In this document: positions 6,617 through 16,195 of the stretch, piece by piece | How positions within the stretch are numbered: position 1 is the first letter of the stretch | Layout: each line of letters starts with the position of its first letter | Virus record (IMG/VR): IMGVR_UViG_3300030109_002585 | DNA length: 20,000 nt | DNA from: an uncultured virus (IMG/VR IMGVR_UViG_3300030109_002585) | Taxonomy: Duplodnaviria > Heunggongvirae > Uroviricota > Caudoviricetes | Strand: one strand, 5' to 3' | The notes under the pieces: generated by a model | Database searches by the model: none | Told to the model about the DNA's origin: nothing | The model's input: only the letters and a program-made list of their open reading frames with translations | Position numbers and translations under genes: made by a program

Positions 6617-6984
6617 ATTGGTTTGATGTAATCAAGATGTTAACTCCTAGAGAGTTTCTAGAAAAATTAAACTTGGATGGTGACATCAAAGGCACTACCG
6701 GTAAGAAAGGCACTAACATGTCGCTTCAGCACGATGCTGGTTTTGTTAAAGTCAATCAATCTAAAACAGGACCATACATAGTAAATGTTGATGGTGAGAG
6801 ATTTACTGATTATAGTTTAAGTAAGTTATTAACAGAAGTAATGGGCGCAGTTAAAAAGTCCCAAACTTCTTATACAGATGTCTTGCTAAGAAGAGCAGGG
6901 CAAGTCAATTCTGACACGGCCGGAATCATTAATGTGAGATATTCACCAAAAAAGGAGGATGAAGAATATGGCGAAGAGGACTAA
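6613..6984 (+). CDS. W-tag protein (MNWFDVIK)
   Basis: ORF 6586..6984, start moved to ATG 6613 (GGAGG RBS, ATGA overlap). Confidence 0.85.
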   Translation: MNWFDVIKMLTPREFLEKLNLDGDIKGTTGKKGTNMSLQHDAGFVKVNQSKTGPYIVNVDGERFTDYSLSKLLTEVMGAVKKSQTSYTDVLLRRAGQVNSDTAGIINVRYSPKKEDEEYGEED

Positions 6985-8065
6985 GAAAGCAACAACCACT
7001 GATGGTTTTGGTAATCAAGTACAATCAGAAACTTTGACCTTCAAACAAATGTACGATGATTGGGAGACAGATTGTAGGAAGTATTCTAGTGCAGACATAC
7101 AATCAGAAGGAAAAAAGGGGAAGACAACCCCGCCCAATTTATTAGAGCAAGTTAAGGAACATGTGACTCTAGCATACAGGCGACCTAATTCAAAGAATAA
7201 AGGAGGAACGGGCGCACATGTTGTTATTGATAAGATTCTAGAGTCATTAAAATCAGAGAAATTATTCCTTGCTAAAGAAGAGAAAGAACTCAAAAAATTC
7301 CAAAAAGAATTAAGAAAACTAAACAAGAAGGGTAGTAGTTTAAACCCTAGTAATATTGTTTTCAATAGGCCAGAAGACTACGATGTAGTGGATGGAAAGG
7401 TAGTTAATGAAAGTAAAGTACAGATTCCTATTTACGGGCATTATGTCGATAAATACTTTGTTGACAAATATCCAGAAAAGAAATATACTGTGAAAGAATC
7501 ATGGAGTGACACTTCAAAAAATGTTTCAAATCCTCCGCTTAAACAAGCATTATTTGGAAAGGGTGATTTAATAACAGTGGGTTTAGCCGATGTAGTGGAC
7601 AAGGCTATTGAAGAATTAGATAATAAAAAAATAAATCTCTATACTATTGGAATTAAAAGAGCATCAGCACTTGCAAGAATACCTTCTGTTCAATCTTGGG
7701 TTAGAAGAAATATAGTCAAGAAGAAATTCTATCCTGAAAATAGTGGTAAGATTAATCTAACAGAAATAGGTAATGCTTTGTTAATAGAAGAGTTTACAAT
7801 TAGAAATGAAATAGAACAGAAGATGTTGACTATTGCCGCCACTAATAAGAATATAGAATTTGCGCAAGAGATTGAAGCATTTAAGGTAGGTCAAATATCT
7901 AATGGAGTTATGGCTACTTTAATTAGAGAAGTAATTTCAAGAGGAAAGACAGAAAACATTAAGGTCAAAAATGGATATTATTTACAGTTAAGAGGATTGT
8001 CCGACCCTCCTTCTGAAACATGGAAAGAAATCAAAAAGAGTTGGATGCAACATTTATGGGCGTGA
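6968..8065 (+). CDS. Basic hypothetical protein (~365 aa) with a C-terminal W-motif (KKSWMQHL)
   Basis: ORF 6959..8065. AGGAGG spacing favours ATG 6968. Confidence 0.85.
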   Translation: MAKRTKKATTTDGFGNQVQSETLTFKQMYDDWETDCRKYSSADIQSEGKKGKTTPPNLLEQVKEHVTLAYRRPNSKNKGGTGAHVVIDKILESLKSEKLFLAKEEKELKKFQKELRKLNKKGSSLNPSNIVFNRPEDYDVVDGKVVNESKVQIPIYGHYVDKYFVDKYPEKKYTVKESWSDTSKNVSNPPLKQALFGKGDLITVGLADVVDKAIEELDNKKINLYTIGIKRASALARIPSVQSWVRRNIVKKKFYPENSGKINLTEIGNALLIEEFTIRNEIEQKMLTIAATNKNIEFAQEIEAFKVGQISNGVMATLIREVISRGKTENIKVKNGYYLQLRGLSDPPSETWKEIKKSWMQHLWA

Positions 8066-8069
8066 TTAA

Positions 8070-8330
8070 ATGGATTGGGTCGAAATCATGAAACGCAGTA
8101 ATTCTGATGAAATTGACAACATATTAGATTCTTACAGTCAATTGCAATCTATTCTGAAAGAAGTCTTTGCTGATATGATACCGCTTTCTGCTCTTTTAGA
8201 ATATGGAGATTACAGAGAAGCAAACGATACATGGAAAGAAATGCGTGGTAACATAATGGATTTAGAAGGAACGATGAATAGTATAAAAGATGTTAATGCG
8301 TTTATTACTAAATTGTTAGGTGATGCTTAA
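8070..8330 (+). CDS. W-tag small protein (MDWVEIMK)
   Basis: ORF track, GTGA RBS. Confidence 0.8.
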   Translation: MDWVEIMKRSNSDEIDNILDSYSQLQSILKEVFADMIPLSALLEYGDYREANDTWKEMRGNIMDLEGTMNSIKDVNAFITKLLGDA

Positions 8331-8986
8331 TGATAACTCGTAAAAGATGCGCTGTTTGTCAACATGAAGATAGAGAAGAATTAGAGGCCGCTTTAGAAGG
8401 CGCATTCATTTCCTGTGATGATTTAGATAATAGAGAAGGTTGGAGAAGCGGTACTTCCGCACAACATCTTAGAAATCATATGGGAGAATATACTAACAGT
8501 AGTAATCCTAAATGTAAATTGTGTGTTGACCCAATGAGGAAGCATTACGAAGAAGCACTTTCAAATGGTGACATATCAAGTGATGGTGTTTCACAGGCTC
8601 TCGGTATCACGAAAGAGCAAGTCCAAAGACACATGAAGCACCACTTAGCACCGTTGGTTCAGCAATCTGCCGCCAGCATTATAGCGAAAAAGGAAGTAAA
8701 TGAAATCGAATTACTAAGTGCTAACATACAAAGGTTAGATGATAAGTTAGATGAGTTATTCAGGAATACAGAATTAGAACCTAGAGAGATAGACAGCCTA
8801 ACTAAACTTGCTAAAGAAGTTAGAGAGAGTCTAAAGTATCTTATGGAGTTTAAGGGAAAACTTATTCACAAGCGACAAGATACAATTATTGTCGCACAAA
8901 TGCAGGTTGTTCAAGAAGTCCTTGCACAAAACAATCCTGAGATTTGGCTTGATATTAAGAAAAGAATGCAGGAGAAATTACAATGA
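8330..8986 (+). CDS. Tandem CxxC...HxxxH zinc/HTH protein with C-terminal coiled coil; candidate terminase small subunit
   Basis: CAVC...HLRNH and CKLC...HMKHH, with HTH-like VSQALGITKEQVQRH, followed by a helical region. Upstream of TerL in the same operon. The CDS is clear; the TerS function is inferred. Confidence 0.6.
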   Translation: MITRKRCAVCQHEDREELEAALEGAFISCDDLDNREGWRSGTSAQHLRNHMGEYTNSSNPKCKLCVDPMRKHYEEALSNGDISSDGVSQALGITKEQVQRHMKHHLAPLVQQSAASIIAKKEVNEIELLSANIQRLDDKLDELFRNTELEPREIDSLTKLAKEVRESLKYLMEFKGKLIHKRQDTIIVAQMQVVQEVLAQNNPEIWLDIKKRMQEKLQ

Positions 8987-9177
8987 ATTGGGAAGATACA
9001 ATAAAAAAATTAGATTATCCTGATAAACTAAAAGAATTAGATAAGGATATTCAAATGTATATTAGAATAATAAACTCTTACAAAAAACAGATAGAAGAAG
9101 CATTAGATAAAGATGAACTTGATAAAATATTAAAATCATTAATTGGTATGCTAAAGAGACAGGAGGAATCACAATGA
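8983..9177 (+). CDS. W-tag small protein (MNWEDTIKK)
   Basis: ORF with ATGA overlaps. Confidence 0.8.
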   Translation: MNWEDTIKKLDYPDKLKELDKDIQMYIRIINSYKKQIEEALDKDELDKILKSLIGMLKRQEESQ

Positions 9178-9641
9178 GTTGGAAAGATGTATTAAAATAT
9201 TTACCGAGTGGCAAACACCATGCCTATTTACCGCATGATGTATCAAATTCTTATGATGAAATATATGCTTATTTTGAAGACCCATTATTGAGTCATAGCA
9301 GGGATTGGGAAGATGCTTTGAATGAACTTTCTTTTAGTCAGCAAAAGTTAGCGAGTGATGTTAGAAGGGCTTTCCGAGATACTATTGTTCACAGTCTAAA
9401 ATACAAAGACGAATATGCTAGTAGGAAATATGATGCGAATAAAATTAAACAAGACTTAGATGAAATAAAAGAGTTAAAGACTAAAGTTGATGAATTAGGT
9501 TGGGGCGATAAGAGTATTAATTTTAATTTTCATTTTAATGTTCTCAAAGAGTTTTTGTTAGAAAAGTTACCTACTATCATGCAAAGAGATAAACAACCCG
9601 ACCCTACTCATTCGGAATTTAGAAGGCTTAAAAAGATTTAA
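9174..9641 (+). CDS. W-tag protein (MSWKDVLK)
   Basis: ORF with AGGAGG RBS. Confidence 0.85.
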   Translation: MSWKDVLKYLPSGKHHAYLPHDVSNSYDEIYAYFEDPLLSHSRDWEDALNELSFSQQKLASDVRRAFRDTIVHSLKYKDEYASRKYDANKIKQDLDEIKELKTKVDELGWGDKSINFNFHFNVLKEFLLEKLPTIMQRDKQPDPTHSEFRRLKKI

Positions 9642-9658
9642 CACAGGAGGCAACAAGT

Positions 9659-11680
9659 ATGAAGTGGCCTAGTGATTATCTTGGATTATTTATTATTCTA
9701 TCTGATGATAAAAGCACTAAGCAAATGCTTAGAATCAAAAGAGATGAAGATGCAAGAACTAGCACCGAAAGAAAATTTGTTGAAACTTTTGTAAGAGAAA
9801 TGAGTCCATATGTAGGAGAAACTGATTTTGATACAGATGCTTTTGATATAGATGACTACTTAGAAGAAAAGAATATTCTTGATAATCTTTTTACTATAAG
9901 AAATGCTAACACTACTGTTGCTCAAAGCGATGTAATTAACACAATAGAAGATAATATAGTAAAATTAGTTCAAAATATTGAAAATAGGTTAGGAAGAAGT
10001 AAATTCGATAAGGTAGTATCACAGACAAGAGAGGGAAAAGAAGAAATAAAGCCTCTTCTTATTGATATTCAAACTCAATTAGGGAAGTCAACAAAGGACC
10101 AAAGAGAAAAATTCCGAAATAGGTTTCTAAAAGGTAAAAAATCCTTAGATTTAATCAAATTGGCTGAAGAAAATCAAGATAGGATTACAGTAAGTAACTT
10201 TTCTAACCCAGAAAAAGTAAATATTAACAAATCTTTGCTTAAAATTACCATTAAAGGTAGTGCTTTAGAGAATAATGAAGCCACAGACTTAAAAAACGCC
10301 GCTAAAAATAAAAACTTTGTTGTAAATATGTCAGGAAAAGAATTAATTTTGAAAAAAATATTTAATTTTGCAGAAATTAACAATAAAATGAAGATTAAAA
10401 ACATTATGAACGAAATCTCTCCATTAATATTAGAAAAAGATAAACAATTAGAAGGAAAAGCGATAACTGTTGTAGTTGACCACTCACATTTAAGAAATTT
10501 TCTAATTGAAGAAGATAAAACTCTGAGAGATTTTGATTCAAGCGCACAAATTGAAGTTAAAACTGAATTTGACTTAGTAGCGGAAGAAGATATTAACGAA
10601 GCAAGAATAAAAGACTACTTTGCACTCCTATTACTCTCGGAAAACCCAATAGTTACGGGATATTTGACTGATTTTAAGATTAATGATAAAGAAATCTATA
10701 ATGTTATTTTAAACGGACCCAAAAACAAGAAAACATACAAGTCTTCTTTATATTTAACTAAGGTTCTAACTAATCCTAGCACTCAAAACATATTTGAGGA
10801 TGCTATGAAAAATATAGTTAAAGAAGAGGTTCTCCCTGAAAAAATGTATAGAGAATATATGAGACAACAGGGTAATTGGAAAGTAAATTACAAGGGTAAA
10901 AGAACACCTGATAGAACACCTAACACAGAGGCAGGTAAACAATACCTACAAAATTATGATGACTTAACTGCTAAAGGTACATTAACTATTCCTTTAATGA
11001 GATTCTTAAAAGAAGAGAGAAGAGTCAATTTTCCAGAAGGCTCATATGAAATATTAAATCCTGAAGCCGTTACTTCTGCCCAAATAGTAATACTTACTAA
11101 GAGAAATAAAAGAGTGGATGCTCTGCTAGAAAAACCAAGAACACAAAAACTATACAAAAGATGGCTAAAAGATAATAATATTGCAGACAGCAGAGAAGCC
11201 AAAAAGGGGCGTTTTGCTCCTTCGGTCCCGAAGGTTGAAGGTCTAAATCTAGAAAATGAAAGTAAGTTTGTGCAGACAGTATTCTCTATTATGGATGGAG
11301 GACTACAATCTTTCTTAGGTTCTAGAACAGAATTACCGAAACTTTTTGGAGCAATTAATATCAGAAATTCTCTGAAAGTTTACTACCATACCATTAATGA
11401 TATGACTAATGTTGATGTCAAATCAGCAGTAGTGAAGGTCGATAAATTATCAAAAGATTCAAAAGCAAAAAAGCAATCGCTTCTATCAGCAGTGAAAGAC
11501 CTTAGTGACAAATTCAACGAAGGGCTGATTCAATTTAAGCAATCATTTACTGAAGAACTAAAGAAAAGACTGAAAGATATAGAAGAAAATCCCAATAATT
11601 ATCTAACACTATACAAAGAAAATAGGTTCAAAAAACAATTAATTCTATTCAATTTATTCGATAAGAGGGATGATTCATGA
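9659..11680 (+). CDS. Large hypothetical protein (673 aa)
   Basis: Long ORF with AGGAGG RBS. No catalytic motif recognised. Confidence 0.9.
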   Translation: MKWPSDYLGLFIILSDDKSTKQMLRIKRDEDARTSTERKFVETFVREMSPYVGETDFDTDAFDIDDYLEEKNILDNLFTIRNANTTVAQSDVINTIEDNIVKLVQNIENRLGRSKFDKVVSQTREGKEEIKPLLIDIQTQLGKSTKDQREKFRNRFLKGKKSLDLIKLAEENQDRITVSNFSNPEKVNINKSLLKITIKGSALENNEATDLKNAAKNKNFVVNMSGKELILKKIFNFAEINNKMKIKNIMNEISPLILEKDKQLEGKAITVVVDHSHLRNFLIEEDKTLRDFDSSAQIEVKTEFDLVAEEDINEARIKDYFALLLLSENPIVTGYLTDFKINDKEIYNVILNGPKNKKTYKSSLYLTKVLTNPSTQNIFEDAMKNIVKEEVLPEKMYREYMRQQGNWKVNYKGKRTPDRTPNTEAGKQYLQNYDDLTAKGTLTIPLMRFLKEERRVNFPEGSYEILNPEAVTSAQIVILTKRNKRVDALLEKPRTQKLYKRWLKDNNIADSREAKKGRFAPSVPKVEGLNLENESKFVQTVFSIMDGGLQSFLGSRTELPKLFGAINIRNSLKVYYHTINDMTNVDVKSAVVKVDKLSKDSKAKKQSLLSAVKDLSDKFNEGLIQFKQSFTEELKKRLKDIEENPNNYLTLYKENRFKKQLILFNLFDKRDDS

Positions 11681-14226
11681 TATTAGAAGAATACACAAGT
11701 AAGCATAAGCAGGTCTTGAATGCTATCGAAAATAAATTTAATTCTTACAATGTTGGTGAAAACCAAAGTAAAAGAGAAAAGGCAATACGAGATATGGAGA
11801 AGTTCATAAGCGATTCTATTAGAAAGTTTGAAAAAGGCATTAAATCCAAGTGGAAAGAAATCAATGGTAGGGAAATGACTGAAGATGAGTACATTGATTT
11901 AGAAGATGAAATTATAGAAGAAATAGAAGAACATTTAGAAAGTTTCAAACCTACTCGACAAGAACCACAAACCCCTATGGAACAATTATCTAGAGATGTA
12001 TTAACTAAAATGAACCTATCTCACATCTTATATGATGGTAAGAATCTAAATACCGACACTCGACCTTTAACAAGCAAAAACTTTTCTGTTAATTTAATCA
12101 GTATTAAGCCAAATAAAACTATAAATGTTGATGCTTTGGAAACTGACATTAAAGCACTGAAAGGCTACGAAGCAAAAAAGGCTCAAGTACCTGCCCATAT
12201 CTTTACTAATCTAAGAAACCTAACTAAAAAATTAAGGAACCTTCAAGAAAGTAAAACTCAGAAGTTTAGAGTTAGAAAATTCGATTTACATTTAGATAAG
12301 ATATTTGGTTCCAAAACTAGAAAATACACAGACCTTGCAGATAGAGTGGTCGCATATGAGTATTGGGAAAAAATAGGCAAGCAAGAAGAAAAAATGGTTA
12401 AGAAGATAAGTGACTTAACTGACCTTCTAAAAAACGGCCAAAGTGAAGATGAGGATATATTGGAGTTTATTAAATTCGTGGAAGGTAAGCCTATCCATGA
12501 CTTGAAGTATGTTAGAAAGTTTGAAAATAAAGATATTGGATTACAAAGTCTTGATGCTAGAGCAGTAACTATTCTGAAAGATTTTGCTAATATGTGGGGT
12601 ACAGGTATTAGTTTGGATAGAGATGAGAGAGGAAAGGTTGAGGACTACAAAGATGATGAACCGGATTCCGAAGATGAAATGGATAGACTAGCAAGGGAAG
12701 CAGGTGAAGGCGGTTCATCAGGTAAAGACGATTCAGGTTCTATGATGATAGAAACTAGTGTAAAACAGAAAGAAGTTGAAAAGTTTAAGGCAGAAGTAGG
12801 TGAACCTGTATCATTTGACCCTTTAGGAATATTAGCCATTAAGGATGATTTGGGGGCTTTTGCATATAGGTATGGAGAAGTCGAACAGATGAAAGCAATA
12901 TTGGAAGAAGGTAAAGAAAAAATAGCCATCGACAAAGATGATGAAGATGCTATCTTTGACACATTTATTGATAGACTACAAGAAATAGAAGACTATACTA
13001 ATAGCCAAGAAGCCTACCTTCCAATCTTCGCCGCAAAGTTACCTTCTTTAAGAATACATTATCCTGACCTTAGAGGTGATTTTAACAGCACTGAACAGCA
13101 CATTGATAGATTCTTAGAACTGTTTGCTAAATTATTAGAAAAGGATAGAACCACTCTTCCTCAAAAAATAGTAGTTGATGCCGCAGGTGCAGGTACTACT
13201 AAACCAACAAAAGATGTAATGATGAGAGGCCGTTCAGTCAAACCGCAATTTCAATATGTTAAAAATGTAAAAGGTGGAAAAGGTTCTATTAGGGAACAAT
13301 TCTCGAAAGGGAAAGAATTAGATGATGACATAGGTGATAAGATAGATGAAATCACTAAACTTATGGCTGATGTATATTTAGAGACTCAAGACACTCCACA
13401 TCATATTGGTACTGATTTACCTTTCCAAGATAATTTTGCTATGAGAGTTATTGCTTCTCAAAAATCATTAGATTCTAAATATGCTGATTATGTCAATGCT
13501 ATGTCAAAACTAGCAGATGTCGGAGAGGCATTAATAACTGAAACAGAAGCCAAAAGAATGCTTCTATTTACTGAAATGCTAACTAAAGGAGATTCCATAG
13601 AAAACTTAGATGCTGTTAGAAGACAAGCAGAAGTATTTTCCAAAACTTTGATTAAGATTTTCAAGGACATAAGTGAAGAAGGCGACACAAAAACTCCGAA
13701 TAAAGCGTCTAGAAAACGCATTCAAAAGGAAGTGGCTTCCATAGTAGGTTCTATTCAAGCCCTATCGAATGTTGATTCTAACGAAAAAATATTTGGATTA
13801 GACCCTGTAAAAGAATATAACAAATTGCAGGTGGATAGAGTTTCAAGAATAGGGGCTATCAGAACATTGACTAATTTATTAAAGAGTAGTAATGCTGAAT
13901 CTTTACTAGGAGATAGTGCTACTAGTACAAAACTAATTGATAATTTCAGCCAACTGTCTAAGAGTGAAATTAGCAATAAGATTTTATTAGTACATGATAC
14001 TATTAGATTATTAAAGAACCAACCGGTATATCATTCTTTAAAGAATATTGATAGTATAGAACACATGGATATGATGATTACTAAGATGGAGAGGGAATAT
14101 AACTTAGATATAAGCGCAAGTGAAATAACAGGCGTTGTCAATGAAGTTGATTCTTTCGATAGTATCAGTAAAAGTTACGGTATTAGCCAAGAACATGTTT
14201 ATGTTATTAAAGCAAACTTTAGGTGA
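11677..14226 (+). CDS. Large hypothetical protein (849 aa) with an HTH-like C-terminus
   Basis: Long ORF with an acidic/Gly-Ser linker. Ends SFDSISKSYGISQEHVYVIKANFR. Confidence 0.9.
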   Translation: MILEEYTSKHKQVLNAIENKFNSYNVGENQSKREKAIRDMEKFISDSIRKFEKGIKSKWKEINGREMTEDEYIDLEDEIIEEIEEHLESFKPTRQEPQTPMEQLSRDVLTKMNLSHILYDGKNLNTDTRPLTSKNFSVNLISIKPNKTINVDALETDIKALKGYEAKKAQVPAHIFTNLRNLTKKLRNLQESKTQKFRVRKFDLHLDKIFGSKTRKYTDLADRVVAYEYWEKIGKQEEKMVKKISDLTDLLKNGQSEDEDILEFIKFVEGKPIHDLKYVRKFENKDIGLQSLDARAVTILKDFANMWGTGISLDRDERGKVEDYKDDEPDSEDEMDRLAREAGEGGSSGKDDSGSMMIETSVKQKEVEKFKAEVGEPVSFDPLGILAIKDDLGAFAYRYGEVEQMKAILEEGKEKIAIDKDDEDAIFDTFIDRLQEIEDYTNSQEAYLPIFAAKLPSLRIHYPDLRGDFNSTEQHIDRFLELFAKLLEKDRTTLPQKIVVDAAGAGTTKPTKDVMMRGRSVKPQFQYVKNVKGGKGSIREQFSKGKELDDDIGDKIDEITKLMADVYLETQDTPHHIGTDLPFQDNFAMRVIASQKSLDSKYADYVNAMSKLADVGEALITETEAKRMLLFTEMLTKGDSIENLDAVRRQAEVFSKTLIKIFKDISEEGDTKTPNKASRKRIQKEVASIVGSIQALSNVDSNEKIFGLDPVKEYNKLQVDRVSRIGAIRTLTNLLKSSNAESLLGDSATSTKLIDNFSQLSKSEISNKILLVHDTIRLLKNQPVYHSLKNIDSIEHMDMMITKMEREYNLDISASEITGVVNEVDSFDSISKSYGISQEHVYVIKANFR

Positions 14227-14753
14227 TTTATTTGACTAAACGCTTTGAATACACTATTAGCGATAGAAGTTTTAGTGAAAGCGAGACAAAGAAAATATTT
14301 GCTGATGCCGGAATTGATTGGCCTACAAGAGCAGAAAGATATGAACAACTAAAAGGAACTATATTTCAAGAAGTGGATGGTGAATGGTGGATTTCATATT
14401 TAGATGGAAAACCTGTTGGTTCATATGGAATTGCTAAGTTTGAAGGAGTTTATTTATCTTTAGGTGCAAGAAGTTATTCTGCTGGTGCAGGTGAATTTGC
14501 ATCAAGATATGTTGTGAATAAACATGGTGATAAACCAATTTTAGCGAATGGTGCAACTCAAGATGGAGTAAAACTATTGAATAAATTAAAATTTAAACCA
14601 ATAGAAGTGAAGAATGGATTAGTTCAAGGCAATACAGATATACCAACAGAAGTTAAATCAGCATTAGAAGTTGCTAAAGAAAGAGGCGGAACAATAGTCA
14701 GAAAAATATATTTGAAAAATTCAGACACATGGTTTGTTTTATTGAGGAATTGA
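14223..14753 (+). CDS. GNAT-like acetyltransferase fold protein (start may be TTG 14232)
   Basis: WWISYLDGKPVG beta-hairpin, RSYSAGAG resembling GNAT motif A, ATQDGVKLLNKLKF resembling motif B. Confidence 0.55.
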   Translation: MIYLTKRFEYTISDRSFSESETKKIFADAGIDWPTRAERYEQLKGTIFQEVDGEWWISYLDGKPVGSYGIAKFEGVYLSLGARSYSAGAGEFASRYVVNKHGDKPILANGATQDGVKLLNKLKFKPIEVKNGLVQGNTDIPTEVKSALEVAKERGGTIVRKIYLKNSDTWFVLLRN

Positions 14754-14754
14754 T

Positions 14755-16185
14755 ATGGAATTAGAACCGTTTAATTTTGAACATCAGATGGATATGGAGT
14801 TATCCAAAAACTCCTTTCCATATTTTTTTCAGAATGTATTAGGGTTTGATTTTCCATCGTATATTCAGGAATGGCATGACTTGATGAATGACACTCAAAG
14901 GACTGTTATTGTTTGTAGTCGTGACCACGGTAAATCTGTATTTATGCACTCATGGGTTGTATGGAAATTAATTTTTGAAGAACCCCCATACCAAATGCTA
15001 TACATATCTTCTAACCAAAAACAGACTCTTGTTCACATGAGAGACATTGATAAGATGTTTACTCATCCTATGTTAAAGAAGTTTAAACCTGCTAGGGGTT
15101 GGGCTATCGGTAACATTACATTAACTAATGGTAATCAAATCTTAGAGCGTTCCGTGGGTTCACAGATTCGTGGATTACACCCTCAAGAAATAGTAATTGA
15201 TGACCCTTTGAAGGAGTTTAGTATGACAGGTATTCAAAAGGTTACAGATTGGTTTTATGGTGACATGATACCTACTCTGCATCATACTGCATCATTGAGA
15301 GTCATTGGTACTCCGTTTAGTTATACTGATATTTACCAACAGTTAGAAGAAAATGATGCTTATACTGTTAGAACATATCCTTGTCTGAATGCTCTCAATG
15401 AACCCCTATGGCCTGAGAGATGGAATTATGAAGCACTGATGGCTAGAAAAGCAGAAGTAGGTTCATTGATGTTTACAAGAGAATACATGTGTGTGCCTAT
15501 ATCCACAGGTACTTCGCTATTCAATCCTGATTATTTAGAGAAAGCAAAGCATAAGGAATATGTCTTGAAGCCTCATAGAAGAGAGGGCTTCAAGTATTAT
15601 GTTGGGGTTGACCCTGCTATATCCACGGATGGAGACTACAATGTTATCACTGTATTAGAAGTTGATGAACATGACAATAAGACTGTGATATATGTTGACC
15701 GTTCTAAGAATGTCGAGTTTAGAGAGAACATAGAAAAGGTTCGACTAATAGGAAAAATGTTCCATCCTGAAGTAGTGTTGTTTGAGACAAATACATTCGC
15801 TAAGTCTTTCACACAAGAGTTAAGAAATGTGTCAGATTTAAATGTTCATGACTTCAATACTACTAGAAAAAGAAAGGAAGAAATTATTCTTAGTTTACAA
15901 ATGAATTTTGAGAATGAAAAGATTAGACTACCTTATGGTAATGAAGAAAGTCGCAGAGTATCTATGACATTATTAGAAGAATTATCCATGTTTGCTATTA
16001 CAGAAAAGGGCAAGTTTGAAGGGATAGGCGCACACGACGATATGGTAATGAGTCTAGCATTGGCTAATGCGGCTACCCATACTATGAGTGAAACATTCAT
16101 ACTGTTAGACGACATGGGCTTATTTGAGCCGGTTAAGACTAACAAGTATTCTAAACCTAGCGGCTACTTAGGAATAAACTTTTAA
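14755..16185 (+). CDS. terL: Terminase large subunit
   Basis: Walker A SRDHGKS, Walker B EIVIDD, motif III VIGTP, RNase H-like nuclease YVGVDPA, and HDDMVMSLALA. Confidence 0.95.
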   Translation: MELEPFNFEHQMDMELSKNSFPYFFQNVLGFDFPSYIQEWHDLMNDTQRTVIVCSRDHGKSVFMHSWVVWKLIFEEPPYQMLYISSNQKQTLVHMRDIDKMFTHPMLKKFKPARGWAIGNITLTNGNQILERSVGSQIRGLHPQEIVIDDPLKEFSMTGIQKVTDWFYGDMIPTLHHTASLRVIGTPFSYTDIYQQLEENDAYTVRTYPCLNALNEPLWPERWNYEALMARKAEVGSLMFTREYMCVPISTGTSLFNPDYLEKAKHKEYVLKPHRREGFKYYVGVDPAISTDGDYNVITVLEVDEHDNKTVIYVDRSKNVEFRENIEKVRLIGKMFHPEVVLFETNTFAKSFTQELRNVSDLNVHDFNTTRKRKEEIILSLQMNFENEKIRLPYGNEESRRVSMTLLEELSMFAITEKGKFEGIGAHDDMVMSLALANAATHTMSETFILLDDMGLFEPVKTNKYSKPSGYLGINF

Positions 16186-16195
16186 GGTGATTATT

